Shown one piece after another: positions 38,939-50,739 of a DNA stretch of 64,000 nucleotides. The translations under genes and the position numbers were made by a program. This DNA is from Camelus dromedarius (lineage: Eukaryota). Positions within the stretch are counted from its first letter, which is position 1. Every line of letters begins with the position of its first letter. The DNA lies in the NCBI RefSeq assembly GCF_036321535.1, contig NC_087447.1:47494001-47558000 (forward strand). The letters run 5' to 3'. The notes below the pieces were generated by a model. That model had not been told where the DNA came from. It saw nothing but the letters and a program-made list of their open reading frames with translations, and did no database searches.

Positions 38939-39069
38939 AACAACTGTGGAGCCCAGCTCCAAGGGACGGAGAAAGTTCACTTCCCTGGTGGGTAGCTGCC
39001 TAATTCAGGGGGTGGTATGGTGTGCCCACAGTGCCACCTGCCTGCTCCATGTGGCTGGGGGAGTGGCTC
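38939..39069 (+). repeat. 131-bp dispersed direct repeat, copy 2
   Basis: Offset exactly 1380 bp from copy 1. Confidence 0.95.
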
Positions 39070-40029
39070 CTACAGCCTCAGCTCAGTGAGCATCACTTCT
39101 TCTCCTTATTACCCAGGCCAGCCCAGGTATCACCTCCAGCTGTCACTGGCCCCAACTGGAATCACTTGAGCACTACTGCCTCCCAGGCTGAGAAACAGAG
39201 CCCAATGCCCTCCCACTCTTTTCCATTCAGGGTCTGTCTGCTTAACATCACCACTTCATTTGTCACACCTGGGTTCCTTCCCTTACCTGGGCCACTCACC
39301 TGAGAAGCAGGGTCTGTACAGCTCCAGCAACACTGTCCTCTTTCTCCAGGATTCTCCAGCTTCTCGTTAGCTTCCTGCCTTTGGCAGTCATCTCAACAGA
39401 GTAGGGCCCTCCTCCACTAGGTCCAGGTAGGTAGGAGAAGGATTGGGACTAGGGACTCAGACTCTGAGTACAGTTGGTCTCTCTAAGCCTGTATCCAAAG
39501 ACAGTAATCCTTAGGGTGCAGGGAGGGGCTCCAGGCCCAAAGGCAGGAAGGCTGGGCTTTAGCCCTTATTCATAGACTCTGAGACCTGGGGCAAGCTCCT
39601 CCCCGTCTTGGGGCCCTCAGTTTTGCAATTTGTAGAATGAGGAATTGGCCCCTCAATCTGCAATCGCCCAACTATAATAACCTTTTGCCTTTATAGATTG
39701 CTTGGGAATTTTGTTTCCTGGATCTGATTTGATCTTTCCAATAATCTATTTCCACTTATAAATGAGAAGGCTTAGGTCCTCAGTGGAACAGAATTACCCA
39801 GGGTCCTAAGCAAGTCAGAGTCAGAACCAGGACTAGAGTCCTTGCTAGAGTCGTTGAATCCTGAATCATTTGTAGTCCTTCACACTCTATGATGCTAGGA
39901 CTTTGGCTGTGTGACGTTCTCTGACCCATTGCCCTACAGGTAAAATGACTGCTCTGAGAATCAAATTAAGAGGGGCAATGAAGGGGGCTGTGCTTTGCAA
40001 ATCATGAGAAAAGACAACAGAAAGGTAAC

Positions 40030-40830
40030 AGGGCCGTTACGTTACTATTTATTAACTGTTATCTTCGCTAGGGCGCCCCCACGTGGCCATCCCGAAACAC
40101 TCCGTTTGCGCAGGCGCTCTTGGGTGTTTACAGACGCCTCGAGGCCCTGCATTTGCGCCTGCGCTTCCCGTCAGGCCCGCCCAATGGCCCTCGGGCAGCG
40201 GGCTGGTTGATGTTGACCCCAAGTCCCCCAGAGGTTGTGGCTGCTCTGTCACCATGGCTTCCCGGGGCCCTGTCAGCTCCGCTTCTGTTGAGACGTCTCC
40301 ACAACCCCAGAGCAGCAGAGATCTAAGCAGTGGCAGAGGGAGGCACAGCACGGTCGCGATGCTCCTCTTCCCGGATATAGTTGGCTATATCCGTGGCTAT
40401 AGTTGGTCACGGTTGCGCTAACCCGCGAGGGCCGATTCTGGCACCCTTCAGGGCAAACATGGCGGCCGCAGCGAACGGCCCACGCACTGCCTTACGGGAG
40501 CCTTAGTTCTCCGCTAGAACCTCTGTGGAGTTGGAGCGCTGTGAAAACTACATTTCCCAGAAGTCCAAGAGCCAGAGTTGCAGAAGAAGTGCCCAGGTCA
40601 TGTTGGGAGATGGAGTTTGGGAACCGTAGTGAGTTTGTACCGGCCAGGAAACGTCGCGAAGCGGTAGAACCAAGCGTTCTGAGCCTGGGCTGTGGGTTCC
40701 AGGTCTGCATGAGTTACACTGTAGCTGTCACAGGAAAAAAGTAGCGCTGTTAGGGCTGAGTTTTAGAAAGAATACTACTCACTACCTGTCCGCACCTCCC
40801 GCACGGCTTCCACCCCATCACTCTTTGGAA
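40030..40830. promoter_or_regulatory. STARD10: CpG-rich promoter, probable distal STARD10 transcription start region
   Basis: CpG enrichment; YY1-like AAACATGGCGGC (40455-40466); ZNF143/SBS-like ACTACATTTCCCAGAA (40547-40562) with inverted partners. Assignment to STARD10 is by position. Confidence 0.6.
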
Positions 40831-40877
40831 ACTACACTTACAGCAGTCACTGTCGCCCGGGATTCTCAGTTCTCTTA

Positions 40878-41091
40878 CTGTTGTTCTAAAGAACTGTTTG
40901 TGATGATGGAAATATTCTATATCTGCACTGTCCAATACAGTAGCGACTAGTTTGTGGCTACTGGACATTTACATGAGGCTACGTGCGGTGGAGGAAGAAA
41001 AAACTTAATTGAATTTATTTTTAAAATATTTTGAAAACAATTACTTTAAATAGCTATCTGTAGCTAGTGGCTACCGTTTTGGGCAGCGGCA
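40878..41091. mobile_element. MER3-like hAT-Charlie DNA transposon relic
   Basis: gtgatgatggaaatattctatatctgcactgtccaatacagtagc ... ttaaatagctatctgtagctagtggctaccgttttgggcagc. Confidence 0.8.
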
Positions 41092-41173
41092 CCGTATACT
41101 AGACTTCTTAGTGTTCAGTACCAACAATTACCTTCCTGCTTTGTGAGACTTAAAACTTTAGTTTTCTTCCTAC

Positions 41174-41610
41174 TGCCAACTAAGAAAAGTACACAATCTA
41201 AAAGTTGAGAATTATGTTTTATTCTCAGCGGTACTAAGATCCATAGCCAGGAATGGCAGCCTCTCAGATAGCTCTGAGGGGACTGTTCCTAAGAGGTAAG
41301 GGAGGAGGCAGGAGTTTTTCTGGAAAAAAACAACCAACCAAGTTGATGTAATTGAACATCAAAAGGTTACTGCTTATCAAACAAAAACCAGACATCTCAA
41401 GTTAATGATTTTAGTGCCTTTCTATGTATGAGAAGATGCAAGAGTCTGAGCTCACTGAAATTATTGCTTTGATATGCATCTTAAATATCTAGGGCCAGTT
41501 TCCTGAATTCCCCTCTGGGTGCACTGTTGGGTGGCTGTAATGGCTGATGGCTCAATGGCAGGCAACATTCTTTGTTTACTGAGGAGGAAGGCAACATTTT
41601 TTTGTCCACA
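41174..41610 (-). mobile_element. Solo ERV1-type LTR
   Basis: TG...CA termini, imperfect 4-bp target-site duplication (ctac/ctgc), minus-strand AATAAA near the left end; resembles artiodactyl MER41/LTR39-like LTRs. Confidence 0.65.
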
Positions 41611-41699
41611 CTGCCTACTCACTACACTTAGTCTTTGCAGATTCCTCCTCCATTGTGTGTCCTTTGAAAACCTAAAAATAGTTCGGACTGTAAAAATCT

Positions 41700-42318
41700 A
41701 CTGTGGTATTCATCCGGCTGGAATAAGAGACACAGATAAAGCTAGCTGCAAAATTAATAGGAAATAATATTTTTCCCAGGGACATAACTGCAGCTATAAA
41801 AATGTCATAACAACCCCCTCCTTTGAGTGACTACTTCTTTCTTACTCACTGAACAACTTTGTTTTCTAAAGTAATAGACTATCAGAAACTTTGCTGTTTG
41901 AAATTATATAAGTAAGAATGAAACTTTTGCCTAGAGGAGCTAAATCACTAAATGGACAGGATTTACAACCCACGTGCAGAGATTCAGATAAGGGATTTCT
42001 GAACATCATATTCCACATCTATCTTAACTTCACTGTTTCCAAGGAAATAGGACCCTGGGTCTGCTGAGCAGTCCAGACCTGATGTTGGCCCCTTTACACA
42101 CAGCTCTGCTTTGAGCCATCAAAATATTGCTTCATTTAAATTTCACCTAATCCCACCACTCTCTCAAATCCTGTAAGAACTCTCTTTTCCTTTGTGTTTG
42201 GTAGGACACTGCATGGTTCCTCTGGTGTGTTGTCTTTCTCATAGCAATGGGTCAATAAATCTGACTATGCTGGACAATGGATTTGTCTCTGGTAGTCTTT
42301 GGCTGACTGGATTAGGAC
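41700..42318 (+). mobile_element. Old ERV1-type solo LTR (MER89/90/110-like)
   Basis: R/U5-like end ggttcctctggtgtg...gtcaataaatctgact...ctggtagtctttggctgactggattaggaca; left boundary uncertain. Confidence 0.5.
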
Positions 42319-42514
42319 ACCCTGAAATACTGGGGTCCTCCAAGTTCTGTCACAGGCTCTCTCTTCACTCTGCATACTCTCTTTGGATGACCTCTTTCCC
42401 TTCCATCTATAAGCTGATGGCTCCACAATTTATGGCTCAGGCCTTTCTCTGACTGCTGAGACATCTGCTTCTGGTTGGCTCAGGTTCCTTAAACTTAGTG
42501 TGTTTAATATAGGT

Positions 42515-42546
42515 TGTTTTGTTTTGTTTTGTTTTGTTTTGTTTTG
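42515..42546. repeat. (TTTTG)n microsatellite
   Basis: About 6 units of GTTTT. Confidence 0.9.
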
Positions 42547-43911
42547 GTGACCACTCTTCACTGCTGTGTTCCAAGTAAGAACTGGGTACTGACCACCTCT
42601 CACCGTGAGATGTGTGGGGACACTCCTCACCTGGGTCAGGTACCTTTTCACTCATTGTCCTCAAACTGCATCACATTGGATCAGCTGCTTTTCACATAGG
42701 CCAGCATCCTAAAACCTTAGAAAGTTGGGAGGGAATGGGGGTGCAGGTGGAATACAGGTCTGAATTACTCTGCCCCTTTTCCCTGAGACTTTGGTAATGG
42801 GTGGGGCCTCAAGAAGGAGGCTGCTGAAGGGATCCTGTCTCTTCCTCCTCATCTCTCATGGTCCCCTCCCTTGAAGCATTTCCAGTGTCATCCCCAGCCC
42901 ATCCAGGCCCTACTGGCACCTTGGGAATTTCACAGCCACCTGCCTTCACTGAGCCTGGACCCACTCTACAGAGGGGTGAGGTGTGGCCTGTCTGCTGCGG
43001 GGAGGGAGGTTGAGAACCGTAGGAGGAAGCTTCTTCTTGGGCTGTGCTTGGTTTTCTCTTGAGCACATCTAAAACAAAACAGATTTCAACATCTTGGCGA
43101 CTTAACTTCCTTGTGAAGAACCCTTCATCCCACTCCCCTCTGCCACATCTCAGCTACCAAAGAAGTTTGATCTAACTTCTTAGAAGATAAAAAGGGGTCA
43201 TTCTTCCCTTTCCTGCCCATTTCAAAGCATTGTTTATATTCGCCCATATTGAATGATGCCCAAATCACAAGTTTCTCTCCTTGGTGGGTATAGTTTCACT
43301 TTACCCCATTCCAAATGCAATAGTCTCTTTTTTCCTTTAAAGCAATAGTCAACAGTGTGCATATATGGGGTGTAGGGAAGGTTAGGGGTCTCAGGACTCC
43401 ATTAGCTACAGATGAACTTACTTCCCTCAAACCCTGAGTGTTTTGACCATTTCACACTTTTAAACCATTTTATTTTTAGTTCTATATTATTTAATTTATA
43501 ATCCTTGGTGGGCCATCGATTAGACATAAACAACTATTTAAAACATAGAAATAAACCTTTGTTTTAAGATGATTGTTCTAAGATGCAGATTCTTGCATTT
43601 ACCCAATCAAAATTCATACATAGCATATCTAGATGCCGCTAAGACTGCAAAGTCACAGCCAGAAAAACGGAAAAAAAAAAAGTGGATCATATCCCATTTG
43701 GCTTTTCATATATCGAGAATAAAGCCAGCCTACTCTCACAGGTGTCATTTGTGAAAACTGCTTGTAAGCAGCAGTTTGAACCTTTAATCTCATCATTTAG
43801 AAACAAAATATAAACATTAGAAACAAAAAATAAACCTGTAGGATTTTAAGAAGTATGAAGTATTTCAGACATATGTTTCCAATGTTAGGACACACAGACC
43901 CAGCTCCTTCT

Positions 43912-44052
43912 TTGTTTTACCTATTTGAGGTGGGGGTGGGGGGTGGGAAGGTAATTAGGTCTTACTTATTTTCAAATGGAGGTACTGGGGATTGAACCCA
44001 GGACCTTATGCATGCTAGGCACACACTCTACCACTGAGCTATATACACTCCC
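43912..44052 (-). mobile_element. tRNA-derived camelid-type SINE (Vic-1-like)
   Basis: ggaggtactggggattgaacccaggacc...ccactgagctata; target-site duplication acccag(c/t)tccttct at 43898-43911 and 44053-44066. Confidence 0.8.
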
Positions 44053-44584
44053 ACCCAGTTCCTTCTCTGGATTGCACTGAATCCCATCTTGTGGATGTAC
44101 CTTATATATAAGCATTCATCCTATCATACACTGTGGAGTGCAACTGCTGGGGCCAAGGTTATGTTTGTGTGAGTGTCTATGTGTGTATGGGTGTGTGTGT
44201 GTGTAACATGGCCAAAGTGCCCTCCTGAGAGGTTAGACCTGCTTATACTCCCACCAGCAGGAATGATGGTTCCATTTCCCCACACCCTCACCAAATCTGA
44301 AAATTAATTTCTTAATTTTTGCCAACTGGATGAATGAAAAATGACGTCTCATTCGTACTTTAACTTAAATTTCCCTAGTTGTGCAGAGTTTTATTTTTTG
44401 TGAACCACTTATTTTTCTTCTTCTGATAAAAGTCATTGCTCATTTTTATATTGGGTTTTCTGTTCTTTAGTTGACTTAAGGAAGTTGTATATATCTTCTG
44501 GATTTTAAAAATTTGTTAAATATGTTGAAAGTATTTGCTCCTCATCTACTGACTCTTCTTTTACTTTGTATATAGTGTCCTTTT

Positions 44585-46160
44585 TTTCTGAGAAAATATG
44601 TATAACATAAAATTACCACCTTATTTTTAAGTATGCAATAATTCAGTGGCATTAATTATGTTCACAATGTTGTACAACCATTGCCACTATTTCCAAAACT
44701 GTTTCATCATCTCAAACAGAAATTCTGTAAACATTAAGCAATAACTACCCATTTCCTCCCTCTAGCCGCAGTAATTTCTAATCTACATTCTGTCTCCATG
44801 AATTTGCCTATCCTATATATCTTATATAAGTGGAATCATAAAATATCTGTCCTTTTGTGTCTGACTTATTTCATGTAGCATCAGTTTTCAACGTTCATAC
44901 AGGTGGTAGCATGTATTAGAACTTTATTCCTTTTTTCGGCTGAAGGATATTGCATTGTATGGTATAAATCACATTTTGTTTATCCATTCATCTGTTGATG
45001 GACACTGGAGTTGTTTCCACCTTTTGGCTATTGTGAATAATGTTACTATAAACCTAGGTGTACAAATATCTCTTTGAGTCCCTGCCTTCAGTAAACCTAG
45101 GAGTGGAGTTTCTGGGTTATATTGTAGGTTCTATGTTTAACTTTTTGAGAAACCATCAAACTTTTCCACAGTGGCTGCACTATTTTACATTCCCACCAGC
45201 AATGCCCAAAGGTTCCAATTTCTTCACATCCTTGCCAATGCTTGTTATTTTCCATTGAAAAAAAAAATTTTTTTTGTTATAGCCATCCTAGTAGGCATAA
45301 GCTGGTATCTCGTTGTGTTTTTGATTGCATTTCCCTAATGAATAATAACATTGAGAAACTTTTCATGTGTTTATTGGCCTTTTGTATATCTTTTCTTTTT
45401 TTCTTTTTGAGAAATGTCTTTTCCAATCCTTTGCTCATTTTAAAAAATTAAAAAAACATTTTTTCCCTTTGTGCTCATTTGTTGAATTTCATTATCTTTG
45501 TGGTTGTCGAGTTTTAGGAGTTCTTTATATATTCTGGACACTGAACCCTTATCAGATATATATATTTGCAAATACTTTCTCCTATTCTATACATTGTCTC
45601 CTTACTTTCTTGATCATATCCTTTGATGCACAAAAGTTCTTTTTTCCCTTTGTTGTCTGTACCTTTGGTATCCTATTCATGAAATCATTGTCATGAAGAT
45701 TTCCCCCAATGGGTCTTCAAAGATTTTTTTTAAAATAGTTTTAGCTGTTAAGTTTTGATCTCCAATCCAATTTGAGTTAGTTTTTTGTTTATGGTGTGAG
45801 GGAAGTGTCCAATTCTATCCTTTTGCATCTAGAAATCCTGTTGTCCCAGCACCATTTGTTGAAGAAACAATTTCCCCCCATTGAATCGAGTTGGCATCCT
45901 TGTCAAAAATCAATTGACCATAGACGTATGGGTTTATTTCTGGATCTGAATCCTATTCTAATGGTCCATGTGTGTATCTTTATGCCGGTACCACCTTATT
46001 TTTACTATTGTACCTTCGTAGTATATCTTAAAGTGTGAAGTCCTTCAACTTTGTCCTTTTTCAAGATTGTTTTGGCTGTTCAGGGCCCCCTGAGATTCCA
46101 TATAAATTTGAGGATTGGCATTTCCATGTCTGCAAAGAAGGCTCTTGGAATTTTGATAAC
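44585..46160 (-). mobile_element. L1 LINE (L1MB-like 3'UTR plus ORF2 end), apparently within older L1 remnants spanning ~44070-47050
   Basis: attcagtggcattaa...tcacaatgttgtacaacca; tatccattcatctgttgatggacact; cccagcaccatttgttgaaga; ttttcaagattgttttggct; AT-rich. Confidence 0.8.
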
Positions 46161-47419
46161 GTATGGTGACTTCTATTGCTCAAAAATTTTACATTTTAAT
46201 GTGGTTAAATTATCTTTTCTCTTATGATTTTTCTGCTTTGCATATTGTTTAGGAAGGTCTTCCCTATCCCTAGGTTATAGGTAAATTATTGTATTTGTTT
46301 CTAATATCTTTATCATTTTATGATTATGGGTCATAATGTAATATAATCTACCTGGAATTTACTTTGTCATATGGTGTGAAGTAAAAATTTGAACTATATT
46401 TTTTTCTCTAGCTGGATAACTTCATAGTCTTTATAGTAATTATTGAAGAGACTCCTGGTTTCCATTTATTTGAAAGGCCACCTTCATCTTATATTAAATA
46501 TGTACATGGGAGGATCTATTTCTGGTCTCTATTCTATTATTAATCTTGCCTATTTTTGAAGCAACAGCAGGCCATATTCATTATATAGTCTTTCCTCATT
46601 CTTAAAAAATTTTTTCTTGGGTATTCTTTTTTGAGATCAGTTTTAGAAATAACTTGATAAATTCCATAAAAATGATATCCCATTAGAATTTCAATGGGAA
46701 TATATTAATTCATAATTTGTGTAAATTATATTTTTATTTTTAGTCTTCCCAACCCCAAACATATTATATATTTTCTTTCATTTGGGTATTCTTTTATGTC
46801 CTTTAGTTAATTCAATTGATTGCATTAAGATACATTAAGTATATAATTGATACAAACAAATTAATTTATGTTGTTCATTTGCAGCTAGTAAATTTTTTCT
46901 TGGTCTATTCCTAAGTATATTAGTTTTTGTAGCTGTTGTGAATGACTTCATTTTTACTACATTTTCTAATTGGATATTATTGGGATATATAATAACTTCT
47001 GAATATATATATATTTTCTAAGTATTACTTACAGAAACTTTCCTACAGGTTTACTAACACAGTTAAGCAGAAATCTATAAACAAGAGTGTACAGTGTAGC
47101 ATAGTAAGAGCAAATAATTGGAAATAGCCTAAATATTTATCGATATGGGACTGATTTATGTATATATACATCTATATAATGAAATACTATGCAGCTGTAA
47201 AAGGAATGAAGTATATCTATATATTCTGAAATGGAAAGTTCTGTAAGATACATTGAAAGTATATTGCTATATAAGGAAGCAACATGTAGAACAGTGTGTA
47301 AATGCTACATTTGTGTTTTTATATTCTTGTGCATGCATAAATATTTCTAAAACACACTAAATTGGTAATACTCATGCTTTGTGAGGAGGAGACTGGAAAA
47401 TTGGTGTGTGTAAGCAACA

Positions 47420-48285
47420 ATGATGTGTTCATGCCCATTTTCTCTTCCAGGGAGCATGGGAAGGCTACATTTCCTAACCTTCCTAGTAGATGTGATCCCA
47501 CCAATGAAGGTGTGGGCAGAAGAACGTGTCACTTCAGGTCCATGTCAATTAAGTGTCAGTGTGAACGTTTTTCCCCACTCTCTCCCTCCCCCCATGCCCC
47601 AACCTGTGTCCCATCCAAAAAGTTGGGATTAAAGAACTGCAGTGATGGAGATGCTAGGTGGAAGCAGCTTGGATCTGAGCCTCTGTTGGAGAACAGTACA
47701 CCAACATGGTCTACCCGACATTGGGATGTAGGGGAGACATAAACTTTTGTGTTTTAAGCCACTGACATTTGAAGGTTTATTTGGTACCACATGTAGTGGG
47801 TTAAAGATGGCCAGAAACTCTTTGACACTCCTTTCATTGAATGCTGGGGTCTATATCCTTGAATCTGGACTGGACTGGGACTGCCCTGACCAACAGAACA
47901 CAGAGGAAGTGATGCTGTACCAACATCTGGGCTCAAGCCTTAGGAGACCAGCAGCTTTCTTCCTGTCTGTTGGAATGCTTGTTTTGGGATGCTTTCTCTC
48001 TGAATCTAGCCACATGGCTAGAGACCTAAGCCATGTGGAGGGACCACAGGTAGGTGCTTTCGTTTTCAGCTCTAATCCACCTTCCAGCCAACAGCCAGCA
48101 TCTCCTGCCAGCCAAGTGAGTGAGGCATTATTAGCCACCAGCCCAGCTGAGTCTTAATATAACTCCAGGCCTGGTTGTGACTACAGCCATGTGAGACTCA
48201 AAGCAAAAATCACCTGAGCTCAGCCAACACTCAGAATCATGAGAGCTATTAAGAAATAGTTGTATTGAGTAGTAGATAACCAAAA
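47420..48285 (+). mobile_element. Adjacent MaLR (MLT1-type) LTR relics
   Basis: gttttaagccactgacatttg end motif; gatggccagaaactctttgacactcc...gaccaacagaacacagaggaagtgatgctg...cagaatcatgagag. Confidence 0.65.
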
Positions 48286-48414
48286 GATCACTGACCAGCC
48301 TGTCCTATGCTAACCAACATGAAGGTGTGAAGCAAAGAGGCTCACTCTTATACTCTTTGAATTTTTGGCTAAGTGCGTGTGATTTCTTTTTCAATTAAAA
48401 ATACTTACAGTTTT

Positions 48415-48561
48415 GGGGGGAGGTTATAGCTCAGCGGTGGACTGCGTACTTAGCACGCACAAGGTCCTGGGTTCAATCTCCAGTACCTCCATTAAAAAAA
48501 TTAATAAAATAAAAAGTAATAAATCTAGTTACCTACACCTCCCCAAAATTAAAAAAAAAAA
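48415..48561 (+). mobile_element. tRNA-derived camelid-type SINE (Vic-1-like)
   Basis: gggaggttatagctcagcggtgg (A box)...gggttcaatctcc (B box), A-rich tail, imperfect duplication ttacag(t/c)ttt. Confidence 0.85.
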
Positions 48562-48699
48562 GTTACAGCTTTGAATTTAAAACTTCTAAGCACTAGGTCA
48601 TGAGAACTGTTTTTGTATATTTTGTATATTTTTGATACCACAGCAATAAATATGTACTGATCATCTAGTCAGCTGATGCTTCAAGACAGAGGTGGGATC

Positions 48700-49210
48700 A
48701 AGGCTGACTTGATCCCAGCTCTCCTGAAGCTTTCAGCCTGGTAGGAGAGATAGGTCACAAACAACTGAACAGACACAGAAACAGGATCCTTTCTGAGAGT
48801 GATAAGTGCTCTGAAAGGAAGAACAACTAGATGATTTGTAGACATTGACTGGGATGGGGCTATTTCAGACTGGGTGAACAGGGAAGGTCTTCTGAATCTG
48901 ACTGGTAGGCAGGAGCCAGTCCCTAAAAGTTCAGGAGGAAGAACACTAGGAATAGGGGACAACCAGGGCAAACGTTCCACAGTGGAACTGAGTATGGCAG
49001 TGATTTCAGGGTTATGAATAGGGCTTTATTCAAAGAGTAGAGAGAGTCAAGGTCAGCAATGTGGGCAGGAGCTAGACCATGCAGGGCTTTGAAGACCACA
49101 GAAAGGTCTTCAGGATTTGCTCTGAATGTGCTGAAAAGCCTTAGGAGGGTTTTGAGTAGACTAACACGAGCTGATTTAGGTTTTTAAACAATCACTCTGG
49201 CTGCTGGGAG
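48700..49210 (+). mobile_element. L2 LINE relic (orientation uncertain)
   Basis: agaccatgcagggctttgaagaccaca...aagccttaggagggttttgag...tttaaacaatcactctggctgct. Confidence 0.6.
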
Positions 49211-50739
49211 ATGCTTAACCCAGGTGCAAGTTTCAAACTATATTCTAAAGTACATTAGGTCTCTAAATCATGATATTATCACTTATATATTTACTGGTCA
49301 TTGAATCATGGTTTTCTAACATAATTAAAGATAATTTAAATAGCATGTTAAATGTGAAATGTAGAAATTTATCTTCATATATTATGAATATTATCTAAAA
49401 TTTTAAGTCAATTTTATAATACAACCTTTCCTATTCTAAAAATAAAAGATAAATATTTTAGTCAAAATCAATAACTTCTTTATCATATACTATTCAAAAA
49501 CGACAAAATTATTTTAAATTTCCTAGGAGTGCTTTGTGAGTCAGAAAAGGGTTAGGAACGCCTGACCCCAATATGATTCTCCAACTGAGAGAAATAGCAC
49601 CTCTGTACCTCACAGGTTGGCAGAACCCTGATAATACACCCTTCGATGAACACAGACCCTGCTCCATTGATGGTGTCCCTAGGCACCTGCAAGTTAGCCA
49701 GTCCTAAAGGAAATTCATCACTGTCACCAACTGGCCCTGAGCCTCCATGGGTATCATGGCCTTCTCCTGGGCACTTCTAGTTAACATTAACACCCACCAC
49801 CCGTTTCTTCAATACATAGGCTAGTGTTGGGCTGGGGCTGAGGTCAGAGAAGGCTTAACTCAGTGCAGGGGCAGGAAAGATTTCTTGGAGGAGGTGACCC
49901 ATGAGTAGGAGCCAGGCCCACTAGAAGGAAAGGTGTTCTAAACAGCAGGCATAGCATGTGCAGAGGAAATGAGGGTCAAAGCCAATGGCATAGGAGGTAC
50001 TGAGCCAAGTTCACTGTGGTTTCAAAGCAGAGCAGGGGACACTCTCCTGCAGTGTCATCGGCATTTACAACTTATCAAGTCATGACTATCCCCATCTGCA
50101 TTTCAAGAGATCTGTCACCTCCACTGCCTGCTTGGCTCCAGTGAATCCCTCATTTTTCACACCAGCCTGTCTGCAGGGCTCCGGACAGGGGCGCTGCTGG
50201 AGACAGTTTCATCACAGTTCCCTGCAAACCCATGATTCACTGTCAAGTATACCTGCAGGAAACGCTGCTGCTCCTCCAGAGGCCGCCCAAATAGAGTCAC
50301 CGGTTGAGCCCTGAGTCAGGATACTGGGTTGCTGGCCAGCTCGGCCATCCAGTCCTGTGAAATCTGAGACAACCTTCTTCTCTCCTCTGGGCCAGGGGTT
50401 GCTAGATGAATCCGCTGCATCCCTTTACTCTCAGGGTCATAAATTTTCTGCGACGAACTGGACCCCTAAACCTTTCTTCCCACAAGGGCGGTCCTGCCTC
50501 TTGTTCTTCCAGGCTCAAATCTGCTGGAAGTTTTTGAACTGCATTTGTTCTTCCCGCTGCCTGGAATCCTCTTTTCTCTCCTCCTGGCCAATTCCTATAG
50601 CATCCCTCGCGACCCAACGCATCACCTCCGCAAAGCAGGGCCTCGTCCCTTCAGTCCCTTTCTCCTCCGTGCTTTCTTATCTCTCTGTCATATGTTGTCT
50701 GCCTTGTGTCTGTGTTGCCTCCCGTCACAGATCTTGAGC

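Noticed and set aside
37559..39069. Repeat pair as the LTRs of a small retroelement or a CRISPR-like array
   Set aside because: Only two copies, no TG..CA ends, primer-binding site or target-site duplication; the spacer contains ordinary MIR-like relics
45058..46038. Hydrophobic Phe-rich ORFs
   Set aside because: Antisense translations of a decayed L1
48415..48490. tRNA-like sequence with A and B boxes
   Set aside because: Followed by an A-rich tail, flanked by a duplication and matched by two other copies: a SINE head, not a tRNA gene
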